Counted from the stretch's first letter, positions 8,290 to 17,182 are shown. The stretch is DNA of 20,219 nucleotides from Spirulina sp. SIO3F2 (GCA_010672165.1 JAAHHN010000134.1:1-20219), one strand, 5' to 3'. Translations and numbers: made by a program. Notes: a model not told the origin generated them from the sequence alone.

Positions 8290-8825
8290 GGACTTTCTTT
8301 GCCTAGTTGGCAACACTCGGCGATAAATAACAACACCTTGTAAAACAATTGGTAGCAAATGAATGTGATTCAGCAAAAGATGAATTGTACGTGATGAAAC
8401 ACACCCCAAACCCTAAAATCAAGCCTAAAAAAGAATCCTTAGTTTTATGCCTAATAATCTATATTCACTTATTATACGGCCAATTTCCCCCTTGAACCTT
8501 GAGATTTCCTAATCAACAGCGCACATCTCTATTGATAATCGGATTGACTGATAAAACTTGGGAAATCCTTTTCTCATCGGCATCTTAGCGATCGGCTTAT
8601 AGCTGAGTGCTGGCAAGGTTTCTGCTGATCCATATCCAATGTCAACATGCCCCAAGACGAGAGTACTCCGATTCTGTTGCACTGAAAGCCAGGGATAGAA
8701 GGATTTTCGGGTTTTGGTACGATCTTTTGTTAGTCAATCAGCCTATAAATGTCCAGAAGAGATCTTTTATACTGTGATTCTGGTTGCAATACAAAAAGTT
8801 GCTTATCCTAAAATATTTTCCTCTC

Positions 8826-8856
8826 AAAAAATAAAAAGCCCTCCGTTCGGAAGGCT
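8826..8856 (-). terminator. Rho-independent terminator of the OMP gene.
   Basis: On the minus strand: AGCCTTCCGAACGGAGGGCT hairpin (7 bp plus 1 mismatch, 4-nt loop) followed immediately by TTTTTATTTTTT. Confidence 0.7.
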
Positions 8857-8880
8857 AATGATTCACTTGTTTGTTTAAGA

Positions 8881-9405
8881 CTAGAAGCGATAACCCACTC
8901 CTCCTTGAAAACTCAGTGCATCGGCAGGACTATTGCGATAAGCATCAATGCCCCATTTGCCATCGCCATAAACAATGACTTTTTCTCCAATTTGGGTTTC
9001 TGCACCGATGGTGAACATGATTGCATTCTCATTGCCTAAAGGGCTGGGTTGACCTTCCGTTTCTACAAAAGAATACCCAGTCCCCACATAGAGATTAGTA
9101 TTTTGCGCTACAGGTAGATCATAAGAAACCATTGGAATAATCGCGCTGGTTTCCTCACCAAAAAGAATCGCACCCCGCACGGAAACGGGGGTATTTTCAA
9201 TCTGATAACGGCCTTGGATATTCCCACCGATATTGGCGGCATCGCCTGTTTGCCCTCCATTTGTCACACCAGCGGCAATACCTGCACCAACGTAGGTTGC
9301 ATCCGTTCCTTTTTCGGGTTGGGCATAGGCAGCGGTTGCATAACCGATTAAGGTGGCAATCACTGAAAGCGACCAACCCAATTGAAGGAGAATATTGTTC
9401 ATCAT
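8881..9405 (-). CDS. Small outer-membrane beta-barrel protein (OmpA/OmpW-like 8-strand barrel class).
   Basis: Signal peptide ending AYA-QP. Alternating amphipathic beta-strand pattern. Gly/aromatic-rich. C-terminal ...GGVGYRF with a terminal Phe, typical of an OMP sorting signal. Confidence 0.75.
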   Translation of the reverse strand: MMNNILLQLGWSLSVIATLIGYATAAYAQPEKGTDATYVGAGIAAGVTNGGQTGDAANIGGNIQGRYQIENTPVSVRGAILFGEETSAIIPMVSYDLPVAQNTNLYVGTGYSFVETEGQPSPLGNENAIMFTIGAETQIGEKVIVYGDGKWGIDAYRNSPADALSFQGGVGYRF

Positions 9406-9582
9406 GCTTCAAGCTCCAAGATTAAGATTATATGTGGATGATTGAGATTGTTTGCTCCCAACAGTTCTATTGACCAGACTTCGTTTTTTCAGTTCCAAAA
9501 ACGAGTCGGAAACGGGCCAGTTTTTGAACTGTAACGAGCCGATGAAGCTGACATGATTCAACTGGTTAGGTCAGATCTATCT

Positions 9583-10911
9583 TCACTTGGCAAGCATCAG
9601 CCCCAATGTCTGAAATTGTTCTGTTTCTCGCAGAGCGGGATTAATGCCGAACCAACGACCCTGCTCATCACGGTATTCAAAAACAAACATGCTGCGCAGC
9701 AAGAGTTGATATTCTTTCTCACCGCTAAGGGTTTGCTCTTCTAAAACCTGAAAAATCAGCTTCCATTCGTGCTGCTCTAGCGCTAGGAGGATGTCATCTT
9801 GGTAGCTTTTGATGACCTGTTCTGCACAGTCTCGGGTGATGGGGGGGTCTTGGTGGCGCAGACAAGTATAGAGTAGCCCTAAGAGGTTACGCACATGGCC
9901 ACCACTAATCCGACACAGACGATTGAGCGTATCGATATGGTCAAAGATTTGAGGAATCAGAGCAAGGCGATCGCCGGGGCTGACATGGGGCAAGGCGCGG
10001 GCGAGCAACAGTTGACGTAGCAGAGCCATGCCTTGGAGATGCTCAGACCTGTCGCGGTGTTCTACCGGAATCATGGGCAAGATGGTGGGAGCAATGCCAC
10101 CACCAAGGCGATTTTTCAGGGTTTGGTAGTCGTTAGAAAAGACTAAATCGAGCGGAATGGTGTAAACCACATGACAGTTGAGGCGACGCAGTTGAGAACC
10201 GCGATCAATAAAGAGGTGTTCTGGTAGCGATCGCGTGGGGGTAATTTTGCTCGGGGCAATGCGATCGAGGTTATCCACAATCACTACGAGTCCTTCTTTG
10301 CCCAAGCACTTTAGCTCTTGGTTAGCCCGCTCAATAATTTCTTGATTAATCGCTCTCAAGAGTCCTTCGGTACGGGGTTCAAGAGACTGCTTCAGTTGCT
10401 CGCGTAGTCGGGGGTTGTCTTTGGTGCGAGCGGTGAGTTTGGCGATCCCCAGAGAAAGTTCAGCTTCATCGAGTTCAATGGGAGTTTGCAAAAAGGTCTT
10501 GACCTCATCAAAGAGTTTGACAAAATAACCCGGTTTGAAGTGGAAGCCATCTGCCTCTAGGCTTTCGCTCACGGAATGGGCGATCGCCAAGAGAATATCA
10601 CTGACACTCACATCGGCCATATCAAGGTCACGACTGGATTCAAAATAAACGACTTGGAATCCTTTCGCTTCAAGGTTCGCTTTAAGGCGCAGCAGTTCAG
10701 TGGATTTGCCACAGCCGATATGGCCACTAAAGAGTTGGCATGTGGGCTCATCGGGTGAAAGACGAGTGATGGTTCGTTCTAAGGCTTCGACAACCTTACC
10801 GCCACGAACGGCTGAGAAGTCAATATAGTAGGGTTGGTCTTGGGGGTTAGAGAGATCAAGGGTTTTGCTGGGGTTACAAGCTTTAAAAAACTGAAGCAGA
10901 TGCACATTCAT
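9583..10911 (-). CDS. Orphan P-loop NTPase, AAA+/STAND-like (ORC/Cdc6- or NB-ARC-style core). The C-terminal ~120 aa look like a winged-helix region. Function unknown.
   Basis: Walker A GHIGCGKST at roughly residue 63. Walker B hhhhD as VVIVDNLDR. A following HVVYTIPLD segment sits in the sensor position. No partner gene on either side. Confidence 0.8.
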   Translation of the reverse strand: MNVHLLQFFKACNPSKTLDLSNPQDQPYYIDFSAVRGGKVVEALERTITRLSPDEPTCQLFSGHIGCGKSTELLRLKANLEAKGFQVVYFESSRDLDMADVSVSDILLAIAHSVSESLEADGFHFKPGYFVKLFDEVKTFLQTPIELDEAELSLGIAKLTARTKDNPRLREQLKQSLEPRTEGLLRAINQEIIERANQELKCLGKEGLVVIVDNLDRIAPSKITPTRSLPEHLFIDRGSQLRRLNCHVVYTIPLDLVFSNDYQTLKNRLGGGIAPTILPMIPVEHRDRSEHLQGMALLRQLLLARALPHVSPGDRLALIPQIFDHIDTLNRLCRISGGHVRNLLGLLYTCLRHQDPPITRDCAEQVIKSYQDDILLALEQHEWKLIFQVLEEQTLSGEKEYQLLLRSMFVFEYRDEQGRWFGINPALRETEQFQTLGLMLAK

Positions 10912-11056
10912 ATTGAAGAAGAGTCCCTGATAGATCGCGCTTACCTTGAAGCTGGCGGGATTAAACCGCTGCCCATGCTAGGAGCGCTACTGGAGATGAT
11001 CACAAAGGCTCATCTCCAATGGATGCATTCGCTACAATGCAGAGCAATGGCTGAAA

Positions 11057-11084
11057 CTGCGATCGCTAGCAAGAGCGATCGCAG
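11057..11084. repeat. Two HIP1 (GCGATCGC) copies 8 nt apart, forming the perfect hairpin CTGCGATCGC-tagcaaga-GCGATCGCAG.
   Basis: Read from the sequence. Located in the noncoding region upstream of the NTPase gene. Confidence 0.6.
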
Positions 11085-11458
11085 CATTTGCCACTCTATA
11101 TTTCATATAAACCGCTTTGAGCGTTCTGCCTACAGAGGCAACAACCCTAGAGGTTCAGTCCCTCTTCCGCCATTTGGCTGAGATAAGCTGAGGCTTAATT
11201 GTGCCTAATCTAGCCAAACCAATGGGAGCATCCTATACTTTCACAATTCCAACCTGACTGGAGTTGGGTTAACAACCTTAAAGGTCTTGGTCTACAGTAC
11301 CTCGAAAACCCTACATTTCAATCCTATCGTAGTTTATCTGATGCAAACACCGCAGCAAAAGCAGATATATCGAAATTGAGCAATGGGCCAAGCGGATTTG
11401 ACATGGGTCAAATCAATATTTTGGGTTTCGTTCTATAGTTAGCGAAATCTGCATCCCA

Positions 11459-12950
11459 ACTGGAGTTTAGACAAAGAAAAGAGTGAGCGGCATATTGAAA
11501 CAGCCCACCCAATGAGCGAATCTGAGAAAGAACCACCAATCTCAGATGCGATGGAAAGAGTTGCTGAACTGAAGGAATTTCGCAAGCAAGCCTACAGTGT
11601 GCTAGGGAAAGGTCGAGATAGTTTATGTGACCTGATGGACGCGGTAATCACGAGTCGAAGCGTGGCGAGCTTTGCAGAACTATCCCTATACACCATTGTT
11701 TCGTCGCCAATGGTCGAGTCTATACAAAGTCCTGGAACGGAGTGCCCCCCCAGGCGAAGAACTCATGAAGCTATACCAGCAATACGTACCCAGAGAGAAA
11801 CGAGTGGTATTGGCAGGCGACCATACAGCCTGGTCAAGACTGTGGTCACCCACATTAAAAGAGCGAACCTATGAGCATCAGCCCGCATCACTGGGCGCAA
11901 AACCCGTGACCCTGGGTCAGGGCTACAGCACCTTGGTTTGTGTACCAGAGATGGAGGGGTCTTGGGCATTGCCATTACTCCACGAGCGGATAACCAGCTA
12001 TGAGAATCCGTTAGAAAAAGCAGCGATGCAACTGCGGCAAGTCTGTCAAGAGATGAAAGAACGCCCCCTGTCCCTGTGGGATGCCGAATATGGCTGTGCC
12101 CGCTTCGTGCAATTAACGGCTGATATTGAGTGCGATAAGTTGATGCGCCTCAGGTCGAACCGAGTGCTCTATAGTGCTCCACCGACCTACTCAGGACGAG
12201 GACGACCCCGTAAACATGGCGATAAATTCAAACTGCATGACCCCAGTACTTGGTGGTCTCCTCACCAACAGCTTGATTGCTCGGATGAGCGCTTAGGACA
12301 CCTACGACTGCAATGCTGGCATCAGGTTCACTTTCGTAAAACCCCTGAGCATCCCATGACCTTGATTCGCGTTGAACGGCTTGATGCTCAGGGCAATCGC
12401 ACTCATCGTCCCCTCTGGTTGCTTGGCACAGGCATCACTCTGCCAGGGCTGGCTCTCCTCTGGCAACTTTACTTGCGTCGCTTCTGTGTTGACCACTGGT
12501 ATCGCTTTATCAAGCAGCGCTTACATTGGTGTTTGCCTCACTTGGGCACGGCTGCACAATCCGAGGCTTGGAGCACTTTGATGCCTTTGATGACTTGGCA
12601 GCTTTGGCTGGCTCGACACGCTGTTGCACTCCACTCTTTACCTTGGCAGAAACCTCTTCCTCGCCCTACTCCTGGACGGGTCGCTCAGTCCTTTGCAACA
12701 CTTTTAGTTCCCTTGGGTTCACCCGCTCATTCCGTCAAACCTCGCGGAAAGTCTCCTGGATGGCCACCAGGTAAGTCTCGCACCTCTCGCCAGCGTTTTC
12801 CTACTGTTCGCAAGCGCTATTCCAAACCCAAATCTCGCCCTAAACCTGCTGCTTAGACCCTGATTTTTCCTCTTTGTCTCTTTGTTCAATCTCTTCACTC
12901 GATTGAGCCTGTTCTCCTTTGCCTGACTCCTTTTTTGTCTAAACTCCAGT
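11459..12950 (+). mobile_element. Complete insertion sequence of ~1.49 kb with 27-28-bp imperfect terminal inverted repeats, flanked by a 4-bp direct repeat CCCA. IS4/IS701-superfamily-like.
   Basis: Left end ACTGGAGTTTAGACAAAGAAAAGAGTGAG (from 11459). Right-end reverse complement ACTGGAGTTTAGACAAAAAAGGAGTCAGG (ending 12950). CCCA at 11455-11458 and again at 12951-12954. Removing the element leaves an intergenic terminator context. Confidence 0.85.
11512..12856 (+). pseudogene. DDE transposase of the IS, split across two reading frames (ORFs 11512-11874 and 11672-12856). A +1 shift is needed near 11650-11700. Either a frameshift-inactivated gene or a programmed frameshift.
   Basis: Both frames are protein-like across the junction (frame 1 ...DAVITSRSVASFAELSLY; frame 2 SRVEAWRALQNYPYTPLFRRQW...). 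The frame-2 stop TAA is at 11645-11647. Downstream are acidic catalytic candidates (LAGDHTAWSR, LWDAEYG) and a basic C-terminal tail. Confidence 0.55.
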
Positions 12951-12970
12951 CCCAAGGTATCCACTTAATA

Positions 12971-12999
12971 TAAAAAGCAAGGGGCGTTTCGCCCCCTGC
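12971..12999 (-). terminator. Rho-independent terminator of the TM-helix repeat protein gene.
   Basis: On the minus strand: GCAGGGGGCG-aaa-CGCCCCTTGC hairpin (9/10 bp) followed by TTTTTAT. It abuts the right end of the IS. Confidence 0.65.
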
Positions 13000-13025
13000 T
13001 TTGCCCTTAGATATATCCGTTGACC

Positions 13026-14621
13026 TTAATCATTGCGATTAAAATCATCCAACCAAGCACGGACTTGTTCAGCCGCAATATCCCGACCGCCTAAGCCAAA
13101 GGCGATCGCCACCGCCACCGCGATCGCGCCCCCCAGCAAGCCAAACGCCAAGTTCACAATATTCGTGGCAATGCCCATCTGTTGCAGCGCCATCGCTGAA
13201 ACAAAAATGATAATCGCAATCCGGGCAGCATGACCCACCATGTTCGCTTGGCGTGTACCGGACATCGTCAGCAACTTAAATGCCAAATTAGCCAAGTAGA
13301 GACCGATCATAAAGATCACCGCTCCAATCAGCACCTGACCAGCGATTTGCACAATGCCACCCACCACATCAGTCAAGGCATTGATCGCCAGAATATCCAC
13401 CGCCGTTAGGGTTGCCACGAGCATAATGCCCACCCAGACAATCGTGCCCACAATTTCCGAGGGGGTGCGCCCTTCCGGTTCAGGGGGAGTGCTCGAAGCC
13501 GCATCCACAGGACTATTGCTGGGGGTGGCAAAACCTAGCCAATCGGGGAGATCATTGAAACCAAACCCTGTTAGTACCGTGGTGACAAACTCCGAGATGT
13601 AGTTGCCCGCGATATAAGCTACACCCAGAACTGCTGCTGCGGTCGCAATCTGTGGCAGCGTGGCCAACACTTGCTCCAGCATGGCGATCGCGGGTTCGGA
13701 AATCGCTTCAATCTTGAGCGCTTGCAACGCCGAAATTGCCACTGGAATCAACACCAGCACATAAACGACCGTCCCTAATATCCAAGAGACCTTCTGATTC
13801 TCTTCTCCTCCGGTAAAACCAAACTTTGCTCCAGTTTGATCAACCCCCGTAGCAGCGAGTAGATTCGTCACCACACGCCGTACCACCTGGGCAATCAACC
13901 ACCCCACAAAGCCAATCAAAACCGCGCCGAAGATATTCGGCAAGATTGCCAAGACCTGATTGAGTAGCTCCTGCACAGGGGCAAGGGTACCTTCGAGCTG
14001 CAACGTGCTCAAGATCGAGGGCAAAAACAGCAAGAAGATAAACCAGTAGAGGGTGTTACCGATGGTCTCAGCTAACGAGAGCTGATCGCCGCCTGCTTCG
14101 CCTGTCTGCTCACCTAAGCGTTCATCAATACGAGCCGTGCGCAAGGCCTGGAGCACCAGTAGTTTGACTCCTGTGGCCAAGAGCCACGCAAAACCCAGCA
14201 ACAAGCCAGCACCTCCCACCTGGGGTAAGAAGCTGGTGACTTGGTTAAGCAGCGACTGTAGCGGTGCAGAGACCTGTTTTAGATTGAGAGCATCAAGCGC
14301 AGCAATGACCGCAAAAAGCAGTACTAACCAATAGATGACAGCAGCAGTCCAATCTTCAATAGCAGGGGGATTGTCACCGCGGTCGCCCACAAACCATTGG
14401 GCAATTTTGTTGTCGATGTCAGTGCGTTTAAGTAACCCCTTAACGAGGCTACTGAATCCCCAGGCAATCACCCAACCCACTGCGAGGATGAGCAGCGCAC
14501 GCACGAGATTGAGGACGGAGATGCCTAGATCGCTGCCCACATCCTTGATAATGCCGTCGGCCCAAGGAGGGGCAGCCAACTCCGCTAGGGGCATTGCTGG
14601 CGGTTGAAAGAGTAAAGTCAT
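13026..14621 (-). CDS. Polytopic membrane protein built from about four 'conserved TM helix' repeats (MscS-associated TM_helix type), lacking a recognisable MscS beta domain.
   Basis: 531 aa. Repeated modules of the form ...LLNQV(x)LP(x)GA.LIGF.GWL.A.V... recur four times. Highly hydrophobic. Confidence 0.75.
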   Translation of the reverse strand: MTLLFQPPAMPLAELAAPPWADGIIKDVGSDLGISVLNLVRALLILAVGWVIAWGFSSLVKGLLKRTDIDNKIAQWFVGDRGDNPPAIEDWTAAVIYWLVLLFAVIAALDALNLKQVSAPLQSLLNQVTSFLPQVGGAGLLLGFAWLLATGVKLLVLQALRTARIDERLGEQTGEAGGDQLSLAETIGNTLYWFIFLLFLPSILSTLQLEGTLAPVQELLNQVLAILPNIFGAVLIGFVGWLIAQVVRRVVTNLLAATGVDQTGAKFGFTGGEENQKVSWILGTVVYVLVLIPVAISALQALKIEAISEPAIAMLEQVLATLPQIATAAAVLGVAYIAGNYISEFVTTVLTGFGFNDLPDWLGFATPSNSPVDAASSTPPEPEGRTPSEIVGTIVWVGIMLVATLTAVDILAINALTDVVGGIVQIAGQVLIGAVIFMIGLYLANLAFKLLTMSGTRQANMVGHAARIAIIIFVSAMALQQMGIATNIVNLAFGLLGGAIAVAVAIAFGLGGRDIAAEQVRAWLDDFNRND

Positions 14622-14724
14622 AGGGGTTGAGCTTATCCAATGTGAAAGTCCACCGCCATTAGAGCATTGGATTTTTGAGCCGTAACAGTCTCGTTGGATT
14701 ACTTAGGATTTCGCTACGAGGCTG

Positions 14725-15192
14725 TTACATTTGCCATTGAGCGTAGGGGTTAGTCACTAAAGCCGCATTGAAATAGCGTGGATCATCTGAGACCTCTGCT
14801 CCGAGCCAATCAGGTTTGACAAAAGTTTGCTCGGACGATCGCAACTCCACCTCTGCCACAATCAAGCCTTGATTCTCCCCCAGAAATTCATCCACTTCCC
14901 ACACCAGCTCACCTTGGGGAATGCGATAGCGGATTTTTTCAATGAGGGGGCGATCGCACAGTTGCAACAGTGCTTCGGCCTCAGCCACTGGAATCGGGTA
15001 TTCAAACTCAGCCCGAGTAATCCCTTGGGTTGCGCCTTTGATAGTGAGATATCCCTGCTCTCCCGCCAAACGAATGCGTACTGTCCGAGCGGGTTCACGA
15101 CAAAGATAGCCTTGACAATAGCGAATGCCAGAAGCCAGGGTTCGCCAGGCTTCACCTATCACCAAAAATTTACGTTCAATCTCAATTGCCAT
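14725..15192 (-). CDS. CYTH-domain protein (triphosphate tunnel metalloenzyme; CyaB / thiamine-triphosphatase-like).
   Basis: N-terminal EIERKFLV (the ExExK signature). Length 155 aa. The EVDEF...VAEVE acidic pattern is typical of CYTH. Confidence 0.8.
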   Translation of the reverse strand: MAIEIERKFLVIGEAWRTLASGIRYCQGYLCREPARTVRIRLAGEQGYLTIKGATQGITRAEFEYPIPVAEAEALLQLCDRPLIEKIRYRIPQGELVWEVDEFLGENQGLIVAEVELRSSEQTFVKPDWLGAEVSDDPRYFNAALVTNPYAQWQM

Positions 15193-15344
15193 ATTTTTTA
15201 TCTGTGATTAGCCTGATGAACCCATGATTATTAAATTTTGCTTTAGGATCAAGGAAATCGTGCGTTAAAGTGCATTCGAGAGCAATCACGCCAACCCCAA
15301 CGCAAATATGCATGCTGACCCTAATAGAGGGCTAACTTAACCCC

Positions 15345-16088
15345 ATGATCGTCCTCATCCTTACCTTGGCCAGCAGCATCGCCTGGTTTATCAGCAGTTT
15401 AATCGGTGGTGGTAGTCCGCTGATTTTAATCCCATTGATTAGCGTGCTGATTTCCACCAGTGCCGTTCCACCTGTGATTACCACTGGGATGCTCTTTGGT
15501 AATGCCCAGCGGGTGGGCTTATATTGGCGGCATATTGAATGGCGTTTGGTGGTCTGGTGTTTGCCAGGGGCTTCGGTGGGGGCGGTGCTGGGGGCGTTTG
15601 TGGTGAGCCGGACGCGGATTGAATGGTTGAGCCTATTGCTGGCCGGGTTTCTGTTGGCCTCGGTGTTTGGACTGCTTAATTCCCAGCGATCGCAGTCCTC
15701 AAGTTTCAACGTCCAAGCCTGGTATTTTCTGCCTGTGGGCTTTGGAGATGCCTTTTGCTCTGGTTTAATTGGTTCGACGGGGCCAGTGTTACAACCGTTG
15801 TATCTAGGCTATGGTCTGACCAAAGAGCAGGTGCTGGCCACTAAGTCGTTTAATGTTTTGGGGATTCACATTATTAAGCTAGTGGCCTATAGCCTGTTTG
15901 GGGTGATGAGCTGGCCCTATTTTGGCTATGGTTTAGTGATTGGCTTAGCCGCCTTGCCCGGTAACTATCTTGGGCAGCAGGTTTTGAAACAAATGAGTGA
16001 GCAGCAGTTTCGGCAACTGGTGATTACATTCATTGGCTGTAGTGCTCTGTTTATGCTGTGGCAGCAACGCAGCGTTTTGTTGTTTTAG
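15345..16088 (+). CDS. TauE/SafE (TSUP, DUF81) family anion / sulfite-exporter-type permease.
   Basis: 247 aa with 7-8 TM segments. GGGSPLILIPL motif near the N-terminus, with a repeated half. Confidence 0.8.
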   Translation: MIVLILTLASSIAWFISSLIGGGSPLILIPLISVLISTSAVPPVITTGMLFGNAQRVGLYWRHIEWRLVVWCLPGASVGAVLGAFVVSRTRIEWLSLLLAGFLLASVFGLLNSQRSQSSSFNVQAWYFLPVGFGDAFCSGLIGSTGPVLQPLYLGYGLTKEQVLATKSFNVLGIHIIKLVAYSLFGVMSWPYFGYGLVIGLAALPGNYLGQQVLKQMSEQQFRQLVITFIGCSALFMLWQQRSVLLF

Positions 16089-16198
16089 ATCTATCAGGGC
16101 TCGGCGTTCGGTAAACCCCCCTGCAAATTTGCCGTTATTTCAAGCCAAAATCGTTACCATAAGGACAACTCTTTACTGCACGCGATCAGGAGTAACGA

Positions 16199-16684
16199 AT
16201 GTCCGAAGCGAATCTTCCCAACGACCCCCAACCGAACGAAACGCCCGCAAGTGATGTTAGTCCTGAGACCAAGGCGATCGTTGATGAAAAGCTCCCCCAG
16301 GAGTCTGATGAAATTAAACAGCATTTGATGGCATTGATTGACGCGGTCAAAAGACAAACTCAAACCCAATTGGAGACCGCTGGGGATGTGACCCGCGATG
16401 TCTATGTCAATACCATGCGTCAGGCCCAAGAGACCCTGAAGAACTCCGGCTTGGTCCTCGATGACCAATGGAATTCGATTGAGAGTTCAGTCTCTGGCAT
16501 TGAGAGCCTGGCCAGCAAGAACTTTGATGTGGTGTTTAAGGATTTCCAAAAATGGGGCGATCGCATGGATCGCGCCTTCAATGCAGCTTGGCAAATTTTG
16601 ACCGAAGACCATGACGACAATGGCAATGGTGGCTCGGGTGAGAGCAAAGCTGAGGAGAAACCCACGGAAGTAAAGATTGATTAG
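16199..16684 (+). CDS. Hypothetical small acidic protein of 161 aa, with a disordered N-terminus and a helical core.
   Basis: ORF with an AGGAG ribosome-binding site 6 nt upstream. No family recognised. Confidence 0.6.
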   Translation: MSEANLPNDPQPNETPASDVSPETKAIVDEKLPQESDEIKQHLMALIDAVKRQTQTQLETAGDVTRDVYVNTMRQAQETLKNSGLVLDDQWNSIESSVSGIESLASKNFDVVFKDFQKWGDRMDRAFNAAWQILTEDHDDNGNGGSGESKAEEKPTEVKID

Positions 16685-16750
16685 TCGATTGAATAGTGGA
16701 TTATGGGTCAGGGTGAGTTCGTTCCCTCCCGAATCATTACCAATGATTGT

Positions 16751-16779
16751 GCCCTAGCAAAAGCTGGGGCAAGTTTTTT
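16751..16779 (+). terminator. Terminator-like hairpin GCCCTAGC-aaaa-GCTGGGGC followed by aag TTTTTT.
   Basis: Read from the sequence. One G.U pair in the stem. Confidence 0.5.
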
Positions 16780-16834
16780 ATGGGAGCGCTAGAATCAAAC
16801 GAACATTCATGCTTTCGAGGGTATTTCCAGCAAC

Positions 16835-17095
16835 ATGAATACGCCTGCCCAGCCGCCATTGAATAATATTGAAGATTTCCGAGCTGTCTTTGCTAGCTAT
16901 GACCAAGACGGCAATGGCGCGATCGATATCGATGAGTTACGGAACGTGATGGCCGATTTGGGTGAGCACCCCACAGCCAGTGAACTGGAAGCAATGATGC
17001 AGGCGATCGATCGCAACGGCAACGGTCAGATTGAGTTTGACGAGTTTTTAAGCTTGATGCAAATGGATTTAAAGACTGACGCTACGGAGGAGTGA
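16835..17095 (+). CDS. Small calmodulin-like Ca2+-binding protein with two EF-hands.
   Basis: Two canonical 12-residue loops, DQDGNGAIDIDE and DRNGNGQIEFDE, each flanked by helices. 86 aa. Confidence 0.85.
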   Translation: MNTPAQPPLNNIEDFRAVFASYDQDGNGAIDIDELRNVMADLGEHPTASELEAMMQAIDRNGNGQIEFDEFLSLMQMDLKTDATEE

Positions 17096-17182
17096 GAGCG
17101 CTACATTGTTGATCCCTATTGTCTGAACGGCCAGTTATCGGTAGGGTTTTAACGGCACTGTTAGGGATTTTAAAAACAAGCA

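Noticed and set aside
9197-9412. Cys/Arg-rich 71-aa ORF overlapping the OMP gene in another frame.
   Set aside because: It is an alternate frame of a well-supported signal-peptide beta-barrel gene.
11147-11172. tRNA-like T-arm: AGAGG-TTCAGTC-CCTCT followed by CCGCCA.
   Set aside because: No complementary 5' acceptor strand (GCGGAAG or similar) within 80 nt upstream. The T-loop lacks the conserved A58. No cloverleaf can be built.
10834-11181. 115-aa plus-strand ORF (or a 93-aa version from ATG 10903) divergent from the NTPase gene and overlapping it.
   Set aside because: Its 5' end overlaps the NTPase start codon head-to-head, which is implausible. It spans the HIP1 hairpin and has no ribosome-binding site. 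Kept only as a low-probability small protein.
13033-14640. Several 60-90-aa ORFs on the plus strand antisense to the TM-helix protein gene.
   Set aside because: They are antisense frames of a long GC-rich membrane-protein gene, giving Ala/Pro/Ser-rich translations.
14827-15207. 126-aa and 97-aa ORFs overlapping the CYTH gene.
   Set aside because: Alternate frames inside a CDS supported by the ExExK motif.
15332-15709. 125-aa minus-strand ORF antisense to the TauE gene.
   Set aside because: It lies within a clear multi-TM permease gene.
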